Positions 1 to 9,036 of a DNA stretch of 64,000 nucleotides are shown here, in pieces. The position numbers and the translations under genes were made by a program. The DNA is from an uncultured Planctomycetia bacterium. Its GTDB lineage: Bacteria > Omnitrophota > Gorgyraeia > Tantalellales > Tantalellaceae. The stretch lies in contig CAZNEE010000001.1 in NCBI GenBank assembly GCA_964572255.1, forward strand, positions 331,587 to 395,586, in the 5' to 3' direction. Position 1 is the first letter of the stretch. Each line of letters starts with the position of its first letter. The notes below the pieces were generated by a model. That model was given only the letters and a program-made list of their open reading frames with translations, did no database searches and was not told where the DNA came from.

Positions 1-115
1 CGCCATGAACATGATGGGTAAAATAGAAGCAGAATGGCGCCTTCCGCTTTGCGAGATGCAGGATGATAACAAGGCGAAGCTTAAGGATGTTCTATCAAAA
101 TATAAACTGATATAG
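1..115 (+). CDS. 3' end of an upstream gene (partial); C-terminus resembles 4-hydroxy-tetrahydrodipicolinate synthase
   Basis: In-frame tail ...RLPLCEMQDDNKAKLKDVLSKYKLI then TAG at 113-115, immediately upstream of dapB; only 38 aa visible. Confidence 0.35.
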   Translation, partial: AMNMMGKIEAEWRLPLCEMQDDNKAKLKDVLSKYKLI

Positions 116-150
116 TTGTCGGGTCTGGTGGCCCGGAAAGGTAAGATAAT

Positions 151-870
151 ATGGTAAAAATAGGAATTAGCGGGATCGGCGGGAAAATGGGAAAGCGCAT
201 TGCCGATCTTGCGTCAAAGGATAAAAATATAGAGATCGCATCCGCCTTGGAAAGAGAGGGACATGCTTCTCTTGGTGAAGAAGTTTATGGTGTGAAGATC
301 GTTTCTGATCCGGTTGAAGCTTCAAAAGGCATAGAATGTTTAATAGATTTCACTCTGCCCGAGGCTACATTGGAACATATTGAAGCGTGTCTTAGGAACA
401 AAACACCTATGGTCATAGGCACTACCGGGCTCAGTCCGGAAGGCGAGAAGAAAATAGAAGAAGCCTCCAAAACGATACCGATAGTGTTTTCACCGAACAT
501 GGCGATAGGCGTTAACGTGCTTTTCAATATTGTGAGCGATGCTGCGCGCGCTTTAGGCGGAAAATTTAACATCAAAGTTGACGAAACGCACCATGTGCAT
601 AAAAAAGATTCGCCGAGCGGTACCGCTAAGATGATAGGGAAAGTTATTAAGGATGCGTCGGGAGTGGATGCGCCCATTGAAGCGTTCAGAGAAGGGGAAG
701 TTATCGGCAATCACGGGATAATCTTTGAAAGCGAATATGAAACATTGGAGATAAGACATGACGCAAAGAGCCGTGATGTGTTTGCTGCCGGGGCCCTTGA
801 AGCCGCTAAGTTCATTAGAGACAAGAAAAACGGTCTTTATAATATGGCTGATGTATTGGGGCTAAGATAG
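151..870 (+). CDS. dapB: 4-hydroxy-tetrahydrodipicolinate reductase
   Basis: N-terminal GISGIGGKMG Rossmann motif, about 240 aa, sits in a lysine-pathway context. Confidence 0.9.
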   Translation: MVKIGISGIGGKMGKRIADLASKDKNIEIASALEREGHASLGEEVYGVKIVSDPVEASKGIECLIDFTLPEATLEHIEACLRNKTPMVIGTTGLSPEGEKKIEEASKTIPIVFSPNMAIGVNVLFNIVSDAARALGGKFNIKVDETHHVHKKDSPSGTAKMIGKVIKDASGVDAPIEAFREGEVIGNHGIIFESEYETLEIRHDAKSRDVFAAGALEAAKFIRDKKNGLYNMADVLGLR

Positions 871-885
871 AAAGGGAGAAACTAA

Positions 886-2055
886 ATGGATATTGATTTT
901 GCAGATCGTTTAAAAAAGTTACCGCCGTATTTATTTGAAGAGATAGACAAAGCGAAAAATAAAGCTATTGAAGAAGGCAGGCCAATAATTAATCTGGGCG
1001 TTGGTGATCCGGATACTCCCACTCCGGATTTTATTATAAAGAAGCTTAATGAAGCCAGTAAGGATCCGTCCACGCATAATTATCCTTTTAACAGTGGCAT
1101 AAAACCACTAAGGGACGAGATGGCCGCATGGTATAAGACCAGGTTCGGCGTCGATCTTGATCCCGATACTGAAATACTGCCGCTTTTAGGGTCCAAAGAA
1201 GGAATAGCGCATATTCCGCTTGCGTTTGTTAATCCGGAAGAGGAAGTCCTTATACCAGATCCGGGCTATCCGCCGTATAATTCCGGTTCTATCTTCGCGA
1301 GCAGCAAGGTCAACCTGATGCCGCTTTTAAAAGAGAAAGATTTCCTGCCTGATTTGGGGGCTATCGATAGAGGCGCGGCTAGTAGATCAAAACTCATGCA
1401 TATCAACTATCCCAATAATCCTACGGGAGCTACGTGTGATATTGCTTTTTACGAGGATGTGGTCAAGTTCGCGAAAAAACATAATATCATCGTGTGTTCC
1501 GACGCCGCTTATACTGAGATCAGTTATGATGGATATGATCCGCCAAGTTTTCTTCAGGTAAAGGGCGCAAAAGATGTCGGGATAGAGTTCCATTCTCTTT
1601 CAAAAACCTTTAATATGACCGGTTGGCGGGTAGGCATGGCTGTCGGTAATGCTAAAGTTATAGCGGGACTGGCAAAAGTAAAAGCGAATATCGATTCGGG
1701 CATTTTTACGGCGGTACAATATGCCGCCGTAGAAGCTTTAAAAAATGCGGAAAAGGTCAGAAGGGACCTCAATCGTCTTTATACGGAAAGACGAAATACG
1801 CTTATTGAAGGGCTCAAAAAAGCAGGATGGGATATTGCATCTCCCAAAGCTACATTTTATGTATGGGCGCCCGTATTCGGCAATTACGATTCCACATCTT
1901 TAGCTAAGGCTCTTCTGGATAAAGCAGACATTGTCGCGACTCCGGGTATCGGATTCGGAAAATACGGCGAAGGATACGTCCGGATGACACTAACTGTTAG
2001 TGCAGAAAAACTGCAGGAAGCCGCGGGCAGGATCAAAAAAGCGTTTTTTAGTTAA
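886..2055 (+). CDS. dapL: LL-diaminopimelate aminotransferase-like class I aminotransferase
   Basis: N-terminus ...LPPYLFEEIDKAK... is DapL-like; PLP-aminotransferase fold; located between dapB and folK with no dapD/C/E nearby. Confidence 0.65.
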   Translation: MDIDFADRLKKLPPYLFEEIDKAKNKAIEEGRPIINLGVGDPDTPTPDFIIKKLNEASKDPSTHNYPFNSGIKPLRDEMAAWYKTRFGVDLDPDTEILPLLGSKEGIAHIPLAFVNPEEEVLIPDPGYPPYNSGSIFASSKVNLMPLLKEKDFLPDLGAIDRGAASRSKLMHINYPNNPTGATCDIAFYEDVVKFAKKHNIIVCSDAAYTEISYDGYDPPSFLQVKGAKDVGIEFHSLSKTFNMTGWRVGMAVGNAKVIAGLAKVKANIDSGIFTAVQYAAVEALKNAEKVRRDLNRLYTERRNTLIEGLKKAGWDIASPKATFYVWAPVFGNYDSTSLAKALLDKADIVATPGIGFGKYGEGYVRMTLTVSAEKLQEAAGRIKKAFFS

Positions 2056-2056
2056 A

Positions 2057-2545
2057 TTGAAGTCAATAGCATATCTCGGGATAGGATCTAATATAGGTAA
2101 AAGGGAAGAGAATCTTACGGAAGCTGTTTTGCGGGTAAATGCTGCGGACAGGATAAGCGTGATCCAAAGATCTTCTTACTACAAGACACTCCCGGTGGGC
2201 GGCCCGCCTCAAGAAGATTATTTAAACGGGGTTATAAAGGTGGAAACGGATCTCTCTCCGGATGAATGCTTAAGTGCTTTAAAACAAGTGGAGAAAGATA
2301 TGGGGAGAAAACCAGCGGGGAAGAACCATCCCCGGATCATTGACCTTGATATATTGCTTTATGAAGATACTGTAACGGATACAGAAACGCTTTCAATCCC
2401 TCACCCCAGAATGCATGAGAGATATTTTGTTTTAAGGGGGCTTGCAGAGATAGCTCCGGAAGTTATGCATCCGGTTTTAAAGAAGACAATGAAAGAATTG
2501 TATGAAACTTTGCGAGAAGATGCAGCTGATAGAAAAGATCAGTGA
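2057..2545 (+). CDS. folK: 2-amino-4-hydroxy-6-hydroxymethyldihydropteridine pyrophosphokinase (HPPK)
   Basis: AYLGIGSNIG..., IIDLDILLYED and PHPRMHERYFVL HPPK motifs; start trimmed to a TTG just after the dapL stop (start uncertain). Confidence 0.8.
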   Translation: MKSIAYLGIGSNIGKREENLTEAVLRVNAADRISVIQRSSYYKTLPVGGPPQEDYLNGVIKVETDLSPDECLSALKQVEKDMGRKPAGKNHPRIIDLDILLYEDTVTDTETLSIPHPRMHERYFVLRGLAEIAPEVMHPVLKKTMKELYETLREDAADRKDQ

Positions 2546-2546
2546 T

Positions 2547-3383
2547 ATGAAAGAATATTCCCTCAAGGTGCGGAAAGAGGGGAAGACCATAGGCTTTGTG
2601 CCTACCATGGGGTATTTACATGAAGGCCATTTAAGTTTGATCAGGGCCGCACGGAAGGAATGCGATGCGGTAGTTGTAAGTATTTTTGTCAATCCCATGC
2701 AGTTCGGTCCAAAAGAGGATTTTAAAGAGTACCCGAGAGACCTCGAAAGGGATAAAGGTCTTGCGGGGGAAGCGGGAGCTGACATTGTTTTTTACCCTTC
2801 AAGTGAAGAGATGTACAGTGAAGGTTTCTCTACTTTCGTAAATGTTGAGGGGCGCTATACCGAAACTTTGTGCGCGTTTTCAAGGCCCGGACATTTCAAA
2901 GGAGTTGCTACCGTAGTTTTGAAACTTTTAAATATAGTCTCACCGGACGTGAGTTATTTCGGACAGAAAGATGCGCAGCAGGCAGCCGTTATCAAGAAAA
3001 TGATAAAAGATCTTAACATGGATACCGATATTCGTATCATGCCTATTGTCCGCGAGGATGACGGACTTGCCATGAGTTCACGAAATGTATATCTTTCTGA
3101 AGATGAAAGACGCCAGGCGCTTAACCTTTACAGGTCTTTGGAAAAGGCGAAGGAGATGGTTTGCGGGGGAGAGGCTTCATCCACTGCGATAAAAAGCGAA
3201 ATGAAGAGGATCATAGAGGAAGGAAAAGACTTAAAGATTGATTATATCGAAACAGTTGATGCGGATTCTTTAGAGCCGGTTGAAACAGTAAAAGAGAACA
3301 CCCTCATAGCCGTAGCGGTTTTTATCGGAAAAACGCGGCTTATCGATAATATAATAATAGGAGATATTAATGATAAGGGCTGA
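2547..3383 (+). CDS. panC: pantoate--beta-alanine ligase
   Basis: GFVPTMGYLHEGHLSLI signature; internal ATG at 2547 chosen because it follows the folK stop. Confidence 0.9.
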   Translation: MKEYSLKVRKEGKTIGFVPTMGYLHEGHLSLIRAARKECDAVVVSIFVNPMQFGPKEDFKEYPRDLERDKGLAGEAGADIVFYPSSEEMYSEGFSTFVNVEGRYTETLCAFSRPGHFKGVATVVLKLLNIVSPDVSYFGQKDAQQAAVIKKMIKDLNMDTDIRIMPIVREDDGLAMSSRNVYLSEDERRQALNLYRSLEKAKEMVCGGEASSTAIKSEMKRIIEEGKDLKIDYIETVDADSLEPVETVKENTLIAVAVFIGKTRLIDNIIIGDINDKG

Positions 3384-4320
3384 ATTTGATTCAAAATATA
3401 AAGAGCACCTGCAGAGGAAGATCGCTAATCTTAAAAAAGAAAAAAACGCGCTGATAGTTGCGCATAATTATCAGCGGGACGAAGTGCAGGAGATAGCGGA
3501 CATAACGGGAGACTCTTACGCGCTTGCCCGCAAAGTGACCGAAGCGAAAGAAAAGGTCATAGTCTTCTGCGGCGTGAAATTCATGGCGGAAAGCGCCGCC
3601 ATGTTAAGTCCGGATAAGACAGTATTACTTCCTGTTGAAGAAGCGGGTTGCCCGCTTGCGGATATGATAACTGTTGAAAAACTTAAAAAGAAAAAGGAGG
3701 AATATCCGGAAGCGGCGGTTGTCTGTTATGTGAATTCAACGGCTGCCGTTAAGGCCGAAAGCGACATATGCTGCACGTCTTCGAACGCGATCGATATCGT
3801 GAAGTCGCTCAAGGAAGAAAGAATAATTTTTGTCCCCGATAAAAACCTCGGTCGTTATGTCAGGGAACATGTTCCCGATAAAGAAATGATCCTCTGGGAC
3901 GGATATTGTGTCGTGCACATGCGCCTTACAAGAGAAGAAGTCGTTAAGACCAAAGAGTTGTACCCGAAGGCGGAGTTTATCGTGCATCCGGAATGCAGAA
4001 AGGAAGTCCTGGAACTGGCCGATTATATAGGCAGCACCGCCGGCATGATCAAATATGTCAAGGAATGCCCGAGCAAAGAGTTTATTATAGGCACCGAATT
4101 GGGGATAATCTACAAACTGCAGAGGGATAATCCTGATAAGAAATTCTATGTACCTACAGATCAGTTTATCTGCGCGAACATGAAACTCACGACTCTCGGA
4201 TGGGTCGCGCGGTCGCTCGAGAAAATGGTGTATAAGATCGAAGTCCCGGAAGATATTGCCGTTAAGGCCCGGAAAGCGCTGGAGAGAATGCTGGAAGTCA
4301 CTCAAAAGGCGAAGAAATAA
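3370..4320 (+). CDS. nadA: quinolinate synthase
   Basis: NadA-like N-terminus (ALIVAHNYQ...), about 316 aa, overlaps panC stop. Confidence 0.9.
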   Translation: MIRAEFDSKYKEHLQRKIANLKKEKNALIVAHNYQRDEVQEIADITGDSYALARKVTEAKEKVIVFCGVKFMAESAAMLSPDKTVLLPVEEAGCPLADMITVEKLKKKKEEYPEAAVVCYVNSTAAVKAESDICCTSSNAIDIVKSLKEERIIFVPDKNLGRYVREHVPDKEMILWDGYCVVHMRLTREEVVKTKELYPKAEFIVHPECRKEVLELADYIGSTAGMIKYVKECPSKEFIIGTELGIIYKLQRDNPDKKFYVPTDQFICANMKLTTLGWVARSLEKMVYKIEVPEDIAVKARKALERMLEVTQKAKK

Positions 4321-5132
4321 TGGATAAGAAGAAAATCGCGATAATAGGATGCGGGGTTATCGGTTCGACCCTTGCCAGAGAAGCGGATAAAAACTTTAAG
4401 GATTTTATAGGTAAGATCTTCCTTTGGGATATAGATGCCGATAAAGCCAAAGTTCTTTCGGGAGAGTTGTCCACTGCCCGGATCGTTAAAAATCTGGAAG
4501 AAGCAGTAGATTCAGCTGATCTTGTCATCGAGGCCGCGACGCCGAAAGTTGTGGGGGAACTCATGAAAGAGGCTGTAAATGCGGGCAAAGATATGATGAT
4601 AATGAGTATCGGCGGCGTGTTGGGACAAGAGGCGCTTCTTAATGAGGCGCGCGAAAAAGGAATAAGAGTAATGCTGCCTTCCGGCGCGATCTGCGGTATT
4701 GACGGGATCAAGGCGGCCAAAACAGCTGGGATAAAAAGCGTAACGCTTACCACGCGCAAGGCGCCGCGTTCCATTAAAGGTGCGCCGTATTTGGAAGAGA
4801 AGAGCATTGATGTTGATAAAATAAGCGGAAAAACTGTAGTGTTCGAAGGCCCTGCACGCGAAGCCGTTAAAGCCTTTCCGAAGAATGTGAATGTTTCGGC
4901 CATTCTTTCTCTGGCAGGGGTAGGGGCCGAGAAGACGACCGTAAAAATTGTGGTTTCACCTGAATATACGAAGAACATCCACGAAATTGAAGTTGTAGGC
5001 AACGCGGGTACGATAAATGTGAAAGTTGAAAACGTTCCTTCACCCAATAATCCGAAGACAAGTTATCTTGCCGCGCTCTCCGCGATCGCTACATTAAAAG
5101 AATATTTCAACACCATCCGCATCGGCACATAA
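4320..5132 (+). CDS. nadX: L-aspartate dehydrogenase
   Basis: IAIIGCGVIGS Rossmann N-terminus, about 270 aa, start overlaps nadA stop (TAATG); replaces nadB functionally next to nadA. Confidence 0.8.
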   Translation: MDKKKIAIIGCGVIGSTLAREADKNFKDFIGKIFLWDIDADKAKVLSGELSTARIVKNLEEAVDSADLVIEAATPKVVGELMKEAVNAGKDMMIMSIGGVLGQEALLNEAREKGIRVMLPSGAICGIDGIKAAKTAGIKSVTLTTRKAPRSIKGAPYLEEKSIDVDKISGKTVVFEGPAREAVKAFPKNVNVSAILSLAGVGAEKTTVKIVVSPEYTKNIHEIEVVGNAGTINVKVENVPSPNNPKTSYLAALSAIATLKEYFNTIRIGT

Positions 5133-5133
5133 T

Positions 5134-5167
5134 GGGGGACGCCCCATTCGGCGACACCCCACATAGC
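5134..5167. repeat. REP-like palindromic element (copy R1), GGGGGACGCCCCATTCGGCGACACCCCACATAGC
   Basis: GC-rich imperfect palindrome immediately adjacent to the RAYT gene; near-identical copies at 53795 and 62538. Confidence 0.6.
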
Positions 5168-5171
5168 TAAA

Positions 5172-5762
5172 TTAAACTAATTTTCCCATATTTTTATCCA
5201 AAAGTTCTTCATATGGTCTAGGTTGGGTCACGTATTCCATATACATTTTTCTTCTTTTATTAGTTGTTCGTGCTAGATCAAAAAATAATGGGTTGGGTGT
5301 AATTATGGAATTTTTCTTTCCGTACGCGTAAAAATTATAACTTGACCATTGGTATTCGCTAAATTGTTTCACTATTTCAGCACGTACTGGATTTCTTTCA
5401 ATATATCTTGCACATTCCAATAAATATGAATTATTTTCCACTAATATGCTTTTATATCTGTTTTGGTATAGACTTCCACAATAATCATATTTTTTTCTAT
5501 GATGGAATTGAAATGATTGAAAGATTCCTTGAAAGATCTTAGGCATATCAGTTTTGCTTATAATTTGTATAAGCAAATGTACATGATTTGGCATCAGGCA
5601 ATAATTGTAAATATTGAAGAAATATCTCTTTTTATATCTTTTGATCAGTTTTAAGAAGTTGGCGTAATCATCATCATCTTTAAAAATAATATTTTTGTTA
5701 TTTCCCCTTTGTAGAATATGGCAGACTGCTCCATTATAAATTTTTCTTGATGAACGACTCAT
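5172..5762 (-). CDS. REP-associated tyrosine transposase (RAYT, IS200-like Y1 transposase)
   Basis: HUH motif PNHVHLL and C-terminal YIERNPVRAEIV tyrosine motif typical of RAYT; gene is markedly AT-rich relative to its flanks. Confidence 0.8.
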   Translation of the reverse strand: MSRSSRKIYNGAVCHILQRGNNKNIIFKDDDDYANFLKLIKRYKKRYFFNIYNYCLMPNHVHLLIQIISKTDMPKIFQGIFQSFQFHHRKKYDYCGSLYQNRYKSILVENNSYLLECARYIERNPVRAEIVKQFSEYQWSSYNFYAYGKKNSIITPNPLFFDLARTTNKRRKMYMEYVTQPRPYEELLDKNMGKLV

Positions 5763-5892
5763 CTTGATCCCTCCTTTGTGATTTTCCCTGATACTCGATA
5801 CATATATAGACAGTAAAAAAGGGAATTTTCTTTCACTTTCAGGAAATTATTTTTTAATTTTTACTAGTTTTTTATTTGAAGGGTGTTATTAA

Positions 5893-5910
5893 GTGGGACG
5901 TCCCCGAGCA
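5893..5910. repeat. partial REP-like palindrome GTGGGACGTCCCCGAGCA
   Basis: Shares the GGGACGTCCC palindrome with REP copies; lies on the other side of the RAYT gene. Confidence 0.35.
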
Positions 5911-6001
5911 TTACCTCTTGACATAACCTTCCCCGCGTGTTACTTTATCACTGACTTAACAAGATCCCACCATAAACTTGACAAGGAAAGACAATTAATA
6001 T

Positions 6002-7690
6002 ATGGCAAAAGAGTTAGTGTTCATGCTTTTAGGAGGACTCGGGTTTTTCTTCTTCGGCATGCAGATCATGTCCGACGGGCTGAAAAAAATAGCCGGTGAA
6101 AGACTTAAAAATATCCTTCACGTTGTCACTAAACTTCCCATTTTAGGCGTGTTGATCGGGGCCGCGATCACTTGTCTTATCCAGTCTTCCAGCGCTACTA
6201 CTGTAATGGTGGTCGGGTTCGTGAACGCGGGCTTATTGGCCCTTAAACAGGCTATAGGCGTTGTGATGGGAGCCAATATCGGGACGACTTTTACGGCATG
6301 GCTGGTTTCATCGATGGCCGTTTTTAAGATCACTCACTACGCTCTTCCTGCAGTTGGAATAGGATTTGCCGTCAAGACGTTCGGCAAAAGCAAAAATACC
6401 AGGTTTTGGGGACAGGTCCTTATGGGGTTCGGTATTCTTTTTATCGGTTTAGGTTTCATGAAAGATGCCTTCGACCCATTAAAGAAAAGCCAGTATGTAA
6501 AGGATATTTTTGCCACATTCAGCTACAATCCTCTTCTTGGCGTTTTGGTCGGAACCCTTTTTACGATACTTCTTCAGAGCTCTTCAGCGACTATTGCGAT
6601 CGTACAGGTTCTAGCGTTCAATGGCGTTATAAGTTTTCCCGCGGCGATACCTCTTATACTCGGCGACAATATAGGAACGACTATTACTGCTCAGCTGGCA
6701 TCTATGGGAGCGAATCTCAATGCCAGAAGGGCGGCCATGTCTCATACATTATTTAACGTCCTGGGCGTGGCTTATATGCTCTTTTTTGTCTACACGGGCT
6801 GGTTTGAAAGGGCCATCGAGTTCGTCATTCCCGGCGGGATAACTACAAAAAATATAATGTTCTATATAGCTGTTGCTCACAGTTCTTTCAACGTATTTAA
6901 TACCCTTGTTTTTCTTCCTTTAGTGGGGCTGCTTGAGAAAATGAGCATCACGCTCGTGCCGAAGAAGAAAGACGCCATAGAACCGGGGCCGCAGTATCTT
7001 GAAAAACATCTTTTAAATACGCCTCCGATCGCCATGGAACAAGCCAGAAATGAAGCAGTTTACATGATGAGCCTTGCCAATAAGTCCGTTACTGCTTCTG
7101 TCAGGAGTTTTCTTGAAGGAGACCTGAGCAATGTGAAGAAGATACCGAAATACGAAAACGCGATCGACAACCTTCAATCCGCGATAACTCAATACCTCAT
7201 AGAATTATCTCAAAGAACTCTTTCCGAAGAAGAGTCTGAAGAACTTCCGGTACTTATACATAACGTGAACGATATCGAAAGAATAGGCGACCATGCCGAA
7301 AACATACTTGAACTCGGTGAGCGTAAAACAGAACAGAAACTCACATTTTCCGATGAAGCCTTACACGATCTGACGCTGATGTGGAACGAGCTCAAGAGCA
7401 TGCTGGTAGAGACAGAAGCGGCCTTAAAAAACAATGATTCCAATTCTGCCAGAAAAGTACTTGAAAGAGAAGAGAAGATCAATACATTTCAGGAGAACCT
7501 GAAAGGCAATCATGTGGACAGGTTGTATAAAGGAGCGTGCGATCTTAAGTCAGGCGTTGTCTTTATAGATTTCGTGGATAACATTGAAAAAATAGGCGAC
7601 CATCTCACCAATATCGCTCAAGGTATAATAGGCGGCATGCGGTGGATAAACAAAGCACATCTTGATCTGGAGGAAGAAAAAGTCGCATAA
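6002..7690 (+). CDS. Na/Pi cotransporter family protein with C-terminal PhoU-like domains
   Basis: LIQSSSATT twice (duplicated Na/Pi-cotransporter repeats), hydrophobic N-terminal half, PhoU-like helical C-terminal half. Confidence 0.85.
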   Translation: MAKELVFMLLGGLGFFFFGMQIMSDGLKKIAGERLKNILHVVTKLPILGVLIGAAITCLIQSSSATTVMVVGFVNAGLLALKQAIGVVMGANIGTTFTAWLVSSMAVFKITHYALPAVGIGFAVKTFGKSKNTRFWGQVLMGFGILFIGLGFMKDAFDPLKKSQYVKDIFATFSYNPLLGVLVGTLFTILLQSSSATIAIVQVLAFNGVISFPAAIPLILGDNIGTTITAQLASMGANLNARRAAMSHTLFNVLGVAYMLFFVYTGWFERAIEFVIPGGITTKNIMFYIAVAHSSFNVFNTLVFLPLVGLLEKMSITLVPKKKDAIEPGPQYLEKHLLNTPPIAMEQARNEAVYMMSLANKSVTASVRSFLEGDLSNVKKIPKYENAIDNLQSAITQYLIELSQRTLSEEESEELPVLIHNVNDIERIGDHAENILELGERKTEQKLTFSDEALHDLTLMWNELKSMLVETEAALKNNDSNSARKVLEREEKINTFQENLKGNHVDRLYKGACDLKSGVVFIDFVDNIEKIGDHLTNIAQGIIGGMRWINKAHLDLEEEKVA

Positions 7691-7706
7691 AGCACCTGCA
7701 AACTCC

Positions 7707-7735
7707 TTGACAAATCATACCCCCTTTAGTATTAT
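7707..7735 (+). promoter_or_regulatory. sigma-70-like promoter TTGACA-17-TATTAT
   Basis: Canonical -35/-10 hexamers with 17-nt spacer about 85 nt upstream of the 7820 start. Confidence 0.5.
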
Positions 7736-7755
7736 AAATACACTAAATTAATATA

Positions 7756-7798
7756 TATAGGCCAGTTCTTAAGAATTTCTTGGGAACTGGCCTATATT
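7756..7798 (+). promoter_or_regulatory. long near-perfect palindrome/hairpin in 5' leader (ATATAGGCCAGTTC...GGAACTGGCCTATAT)
   Basis: 14-bp perfect inverted repeat extended by wobble pairs, between the predicted promoter and the AGGAGG RBS of the IMPDH-family gene. Confidence 0.5.
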
Positions 7799-7819
7799 AA
7801 ATAATAGTAGGAGGAAAAA

Positions 7820-8983
7820 ATGGGAATGTGGGTAGGAATAGGCCGCAAGGCAAGACGCAGTTACGGTTTTGACGAAGTTTCTTTGGTCCCTGGGAACCTT
7901 ACGGTAAATCCTAATGATGTGGATACCGCTTGCGAGATCGGTGGCATTAAATTCCAGGTGCCCATAATGGCTTCATCCATGGACGGCGTGGTCGATGTAA
8001 ATTTTGCTATCGCGATGGGCAAACTCGGAGGTATCGCCGTTCTTCACCTTGAAGGAGTTTCCACCCGTTATGAGAATCCTGAAGAAGCGGTGGAGAGGAT
8101 CATAAATTGCGATATAAACGAATCAACAAAAGTCATCCAGGATGTATATTCCAGACCGATCAAAAAAGAACTCATAGAGAAAAGGGTCAAAGAAATAAAG
8201 AAAGCGAAAGTGCCGGCGATCGTAAGCTGCAACCCGCAGGTTGCGGATAAGTTCGGTCCTATCGCCCGTGATGCGGGATGCGATATCTTCATTGTCCAGT
8301 CCACGGTCATCAGCGTTGAACACCAATCAAGCAGATACAAACCGCTTGACCTCTACAAGTTCTGTAAGGAGATGAAAATACCCGTTCTTTACGGGAATTG
8401 CGTGAATTATAAAGTTGCGATAGCTCTCATGGAAACAGGATGTCAGGGCGTATTTGTGGGGATAGGCCCCGGTACCGCATGCACTTCCCGGGGTGTTCTC
8501 GGAATAGGCGTACCGCAGATCACCGCTACATGCGATTGCGCAGCGGCAAGAGATTCTTATTATAAAAAGACGGGCAGATATGTGCCTATTTTTACCGACG
8601 GCGGCATGGCGACCGGCGGTGATATATGTAAAGCCTTTGCTGCCGGAGCGGATGCGGTCATGCTTGGAAATGCTTTCGCCCGTTCGGAGGAAGCGCCCGG
8701 TAAAGGGTATCACTGGGGAATGGCTATGCCTCATCCTTTACTTCCGAGAGGAACAAGAATAAAAGTCGGAACTACAGGGACGCTCGAGCAGATCCTGTAC
8801 GGACCCGCGACACAAGATGACGGCACGCAGAACCTGATGGGAGCATTGGCGACAAGTATGGGAAATCTCGGAGCGCACGATATCAGAGAGATGCAGCTTG
8901 TGGATATGATCATCGCTCCTTCGATACAAACTGAAGGCAAAGTTTATCAGTCCGCGCAACGCGTAGGCATGCGTAAAAGATAA
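7820..8983 (+). CDS. IMP dehydrogenase/GMP reductase family protein (no CBS insert)
   Basis: Catalytic-loop motif GIGPGTACTSRGVLGIGVPQITA; TIM-barrel IMPDH family length of about 387 aa. Confidence 0.7.
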   Translation: MGMWVGIGRKARRSYGFDEVSLVPGNLTVNPNDVDTACEIGGIKFQVPIMASSMDGVVDVNFAIAMGKLGGIAVLHLEGVSTRYENPEEAVERIINCDINESTKVIQDVYSRPIKKELIEKRVKEIKKAKVPAIVSCNPQVADKFGPIARDAGCDIFIVQSTVISVEHQSSRYKPLDLYKFCKEMKIPVLYGNCVNYKVAIALMETGCQGVFVGIGPGTACTSRGVLGIGVPQITATCDCAAARDSYYKKTGRYVPIFTDGGMATGGDICKAFAAGADAVMLGNAFARSEEAPGKGYHWGMAMPHPLLPRGTRIKVGTTGTLEQILYGPATQDDGTQNLMGALATSMGNLGAHDIREMQLVDMIIAPSIQTEGKVYQSAQRVGMRKR

Positions 8984-9036
8984 AAGGGCGCGTTACTTTC
9001 TTTCAAGTAATTGACTTCATAAAACTACACTAAGTT

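Larger units (their letters stand above)
5134..5910 (-). mobile_element. RAYT locus flanked by REP-like sequences (AT-rich island)
   Basis: REP-like palindromes at 5134-5167 and partial GGGACGTCCCC at 5893-5910 bracket the transposase gene. Confidence 0.6.

Noticed and set aside
285-710. Antisense ORFs inside dapB (285-710, 553-759). Similar embedded ORFs throughout the track, for example 3736-4305 and 4298-5047 inside nadA/nadX, 6118-6333, 6406-6756, 8327-8734, 9466-9897, 20425-21117, 24336-24842 and 35180-35542.
   Set aside because: They lie entirely inside, or antisense to, strongly supported genes. They have low-complexity or odd composition and no RBS, so they are treated as six-frame noise.
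5893-6099. 68-aa ORF overlapping the REP fragment and the start of the Na/Pi transporter
   Set aside because: It begins in the GGGACGTCCCC repeat and overlaps the transporter start in another frame. It is Arg/His-rich junk.
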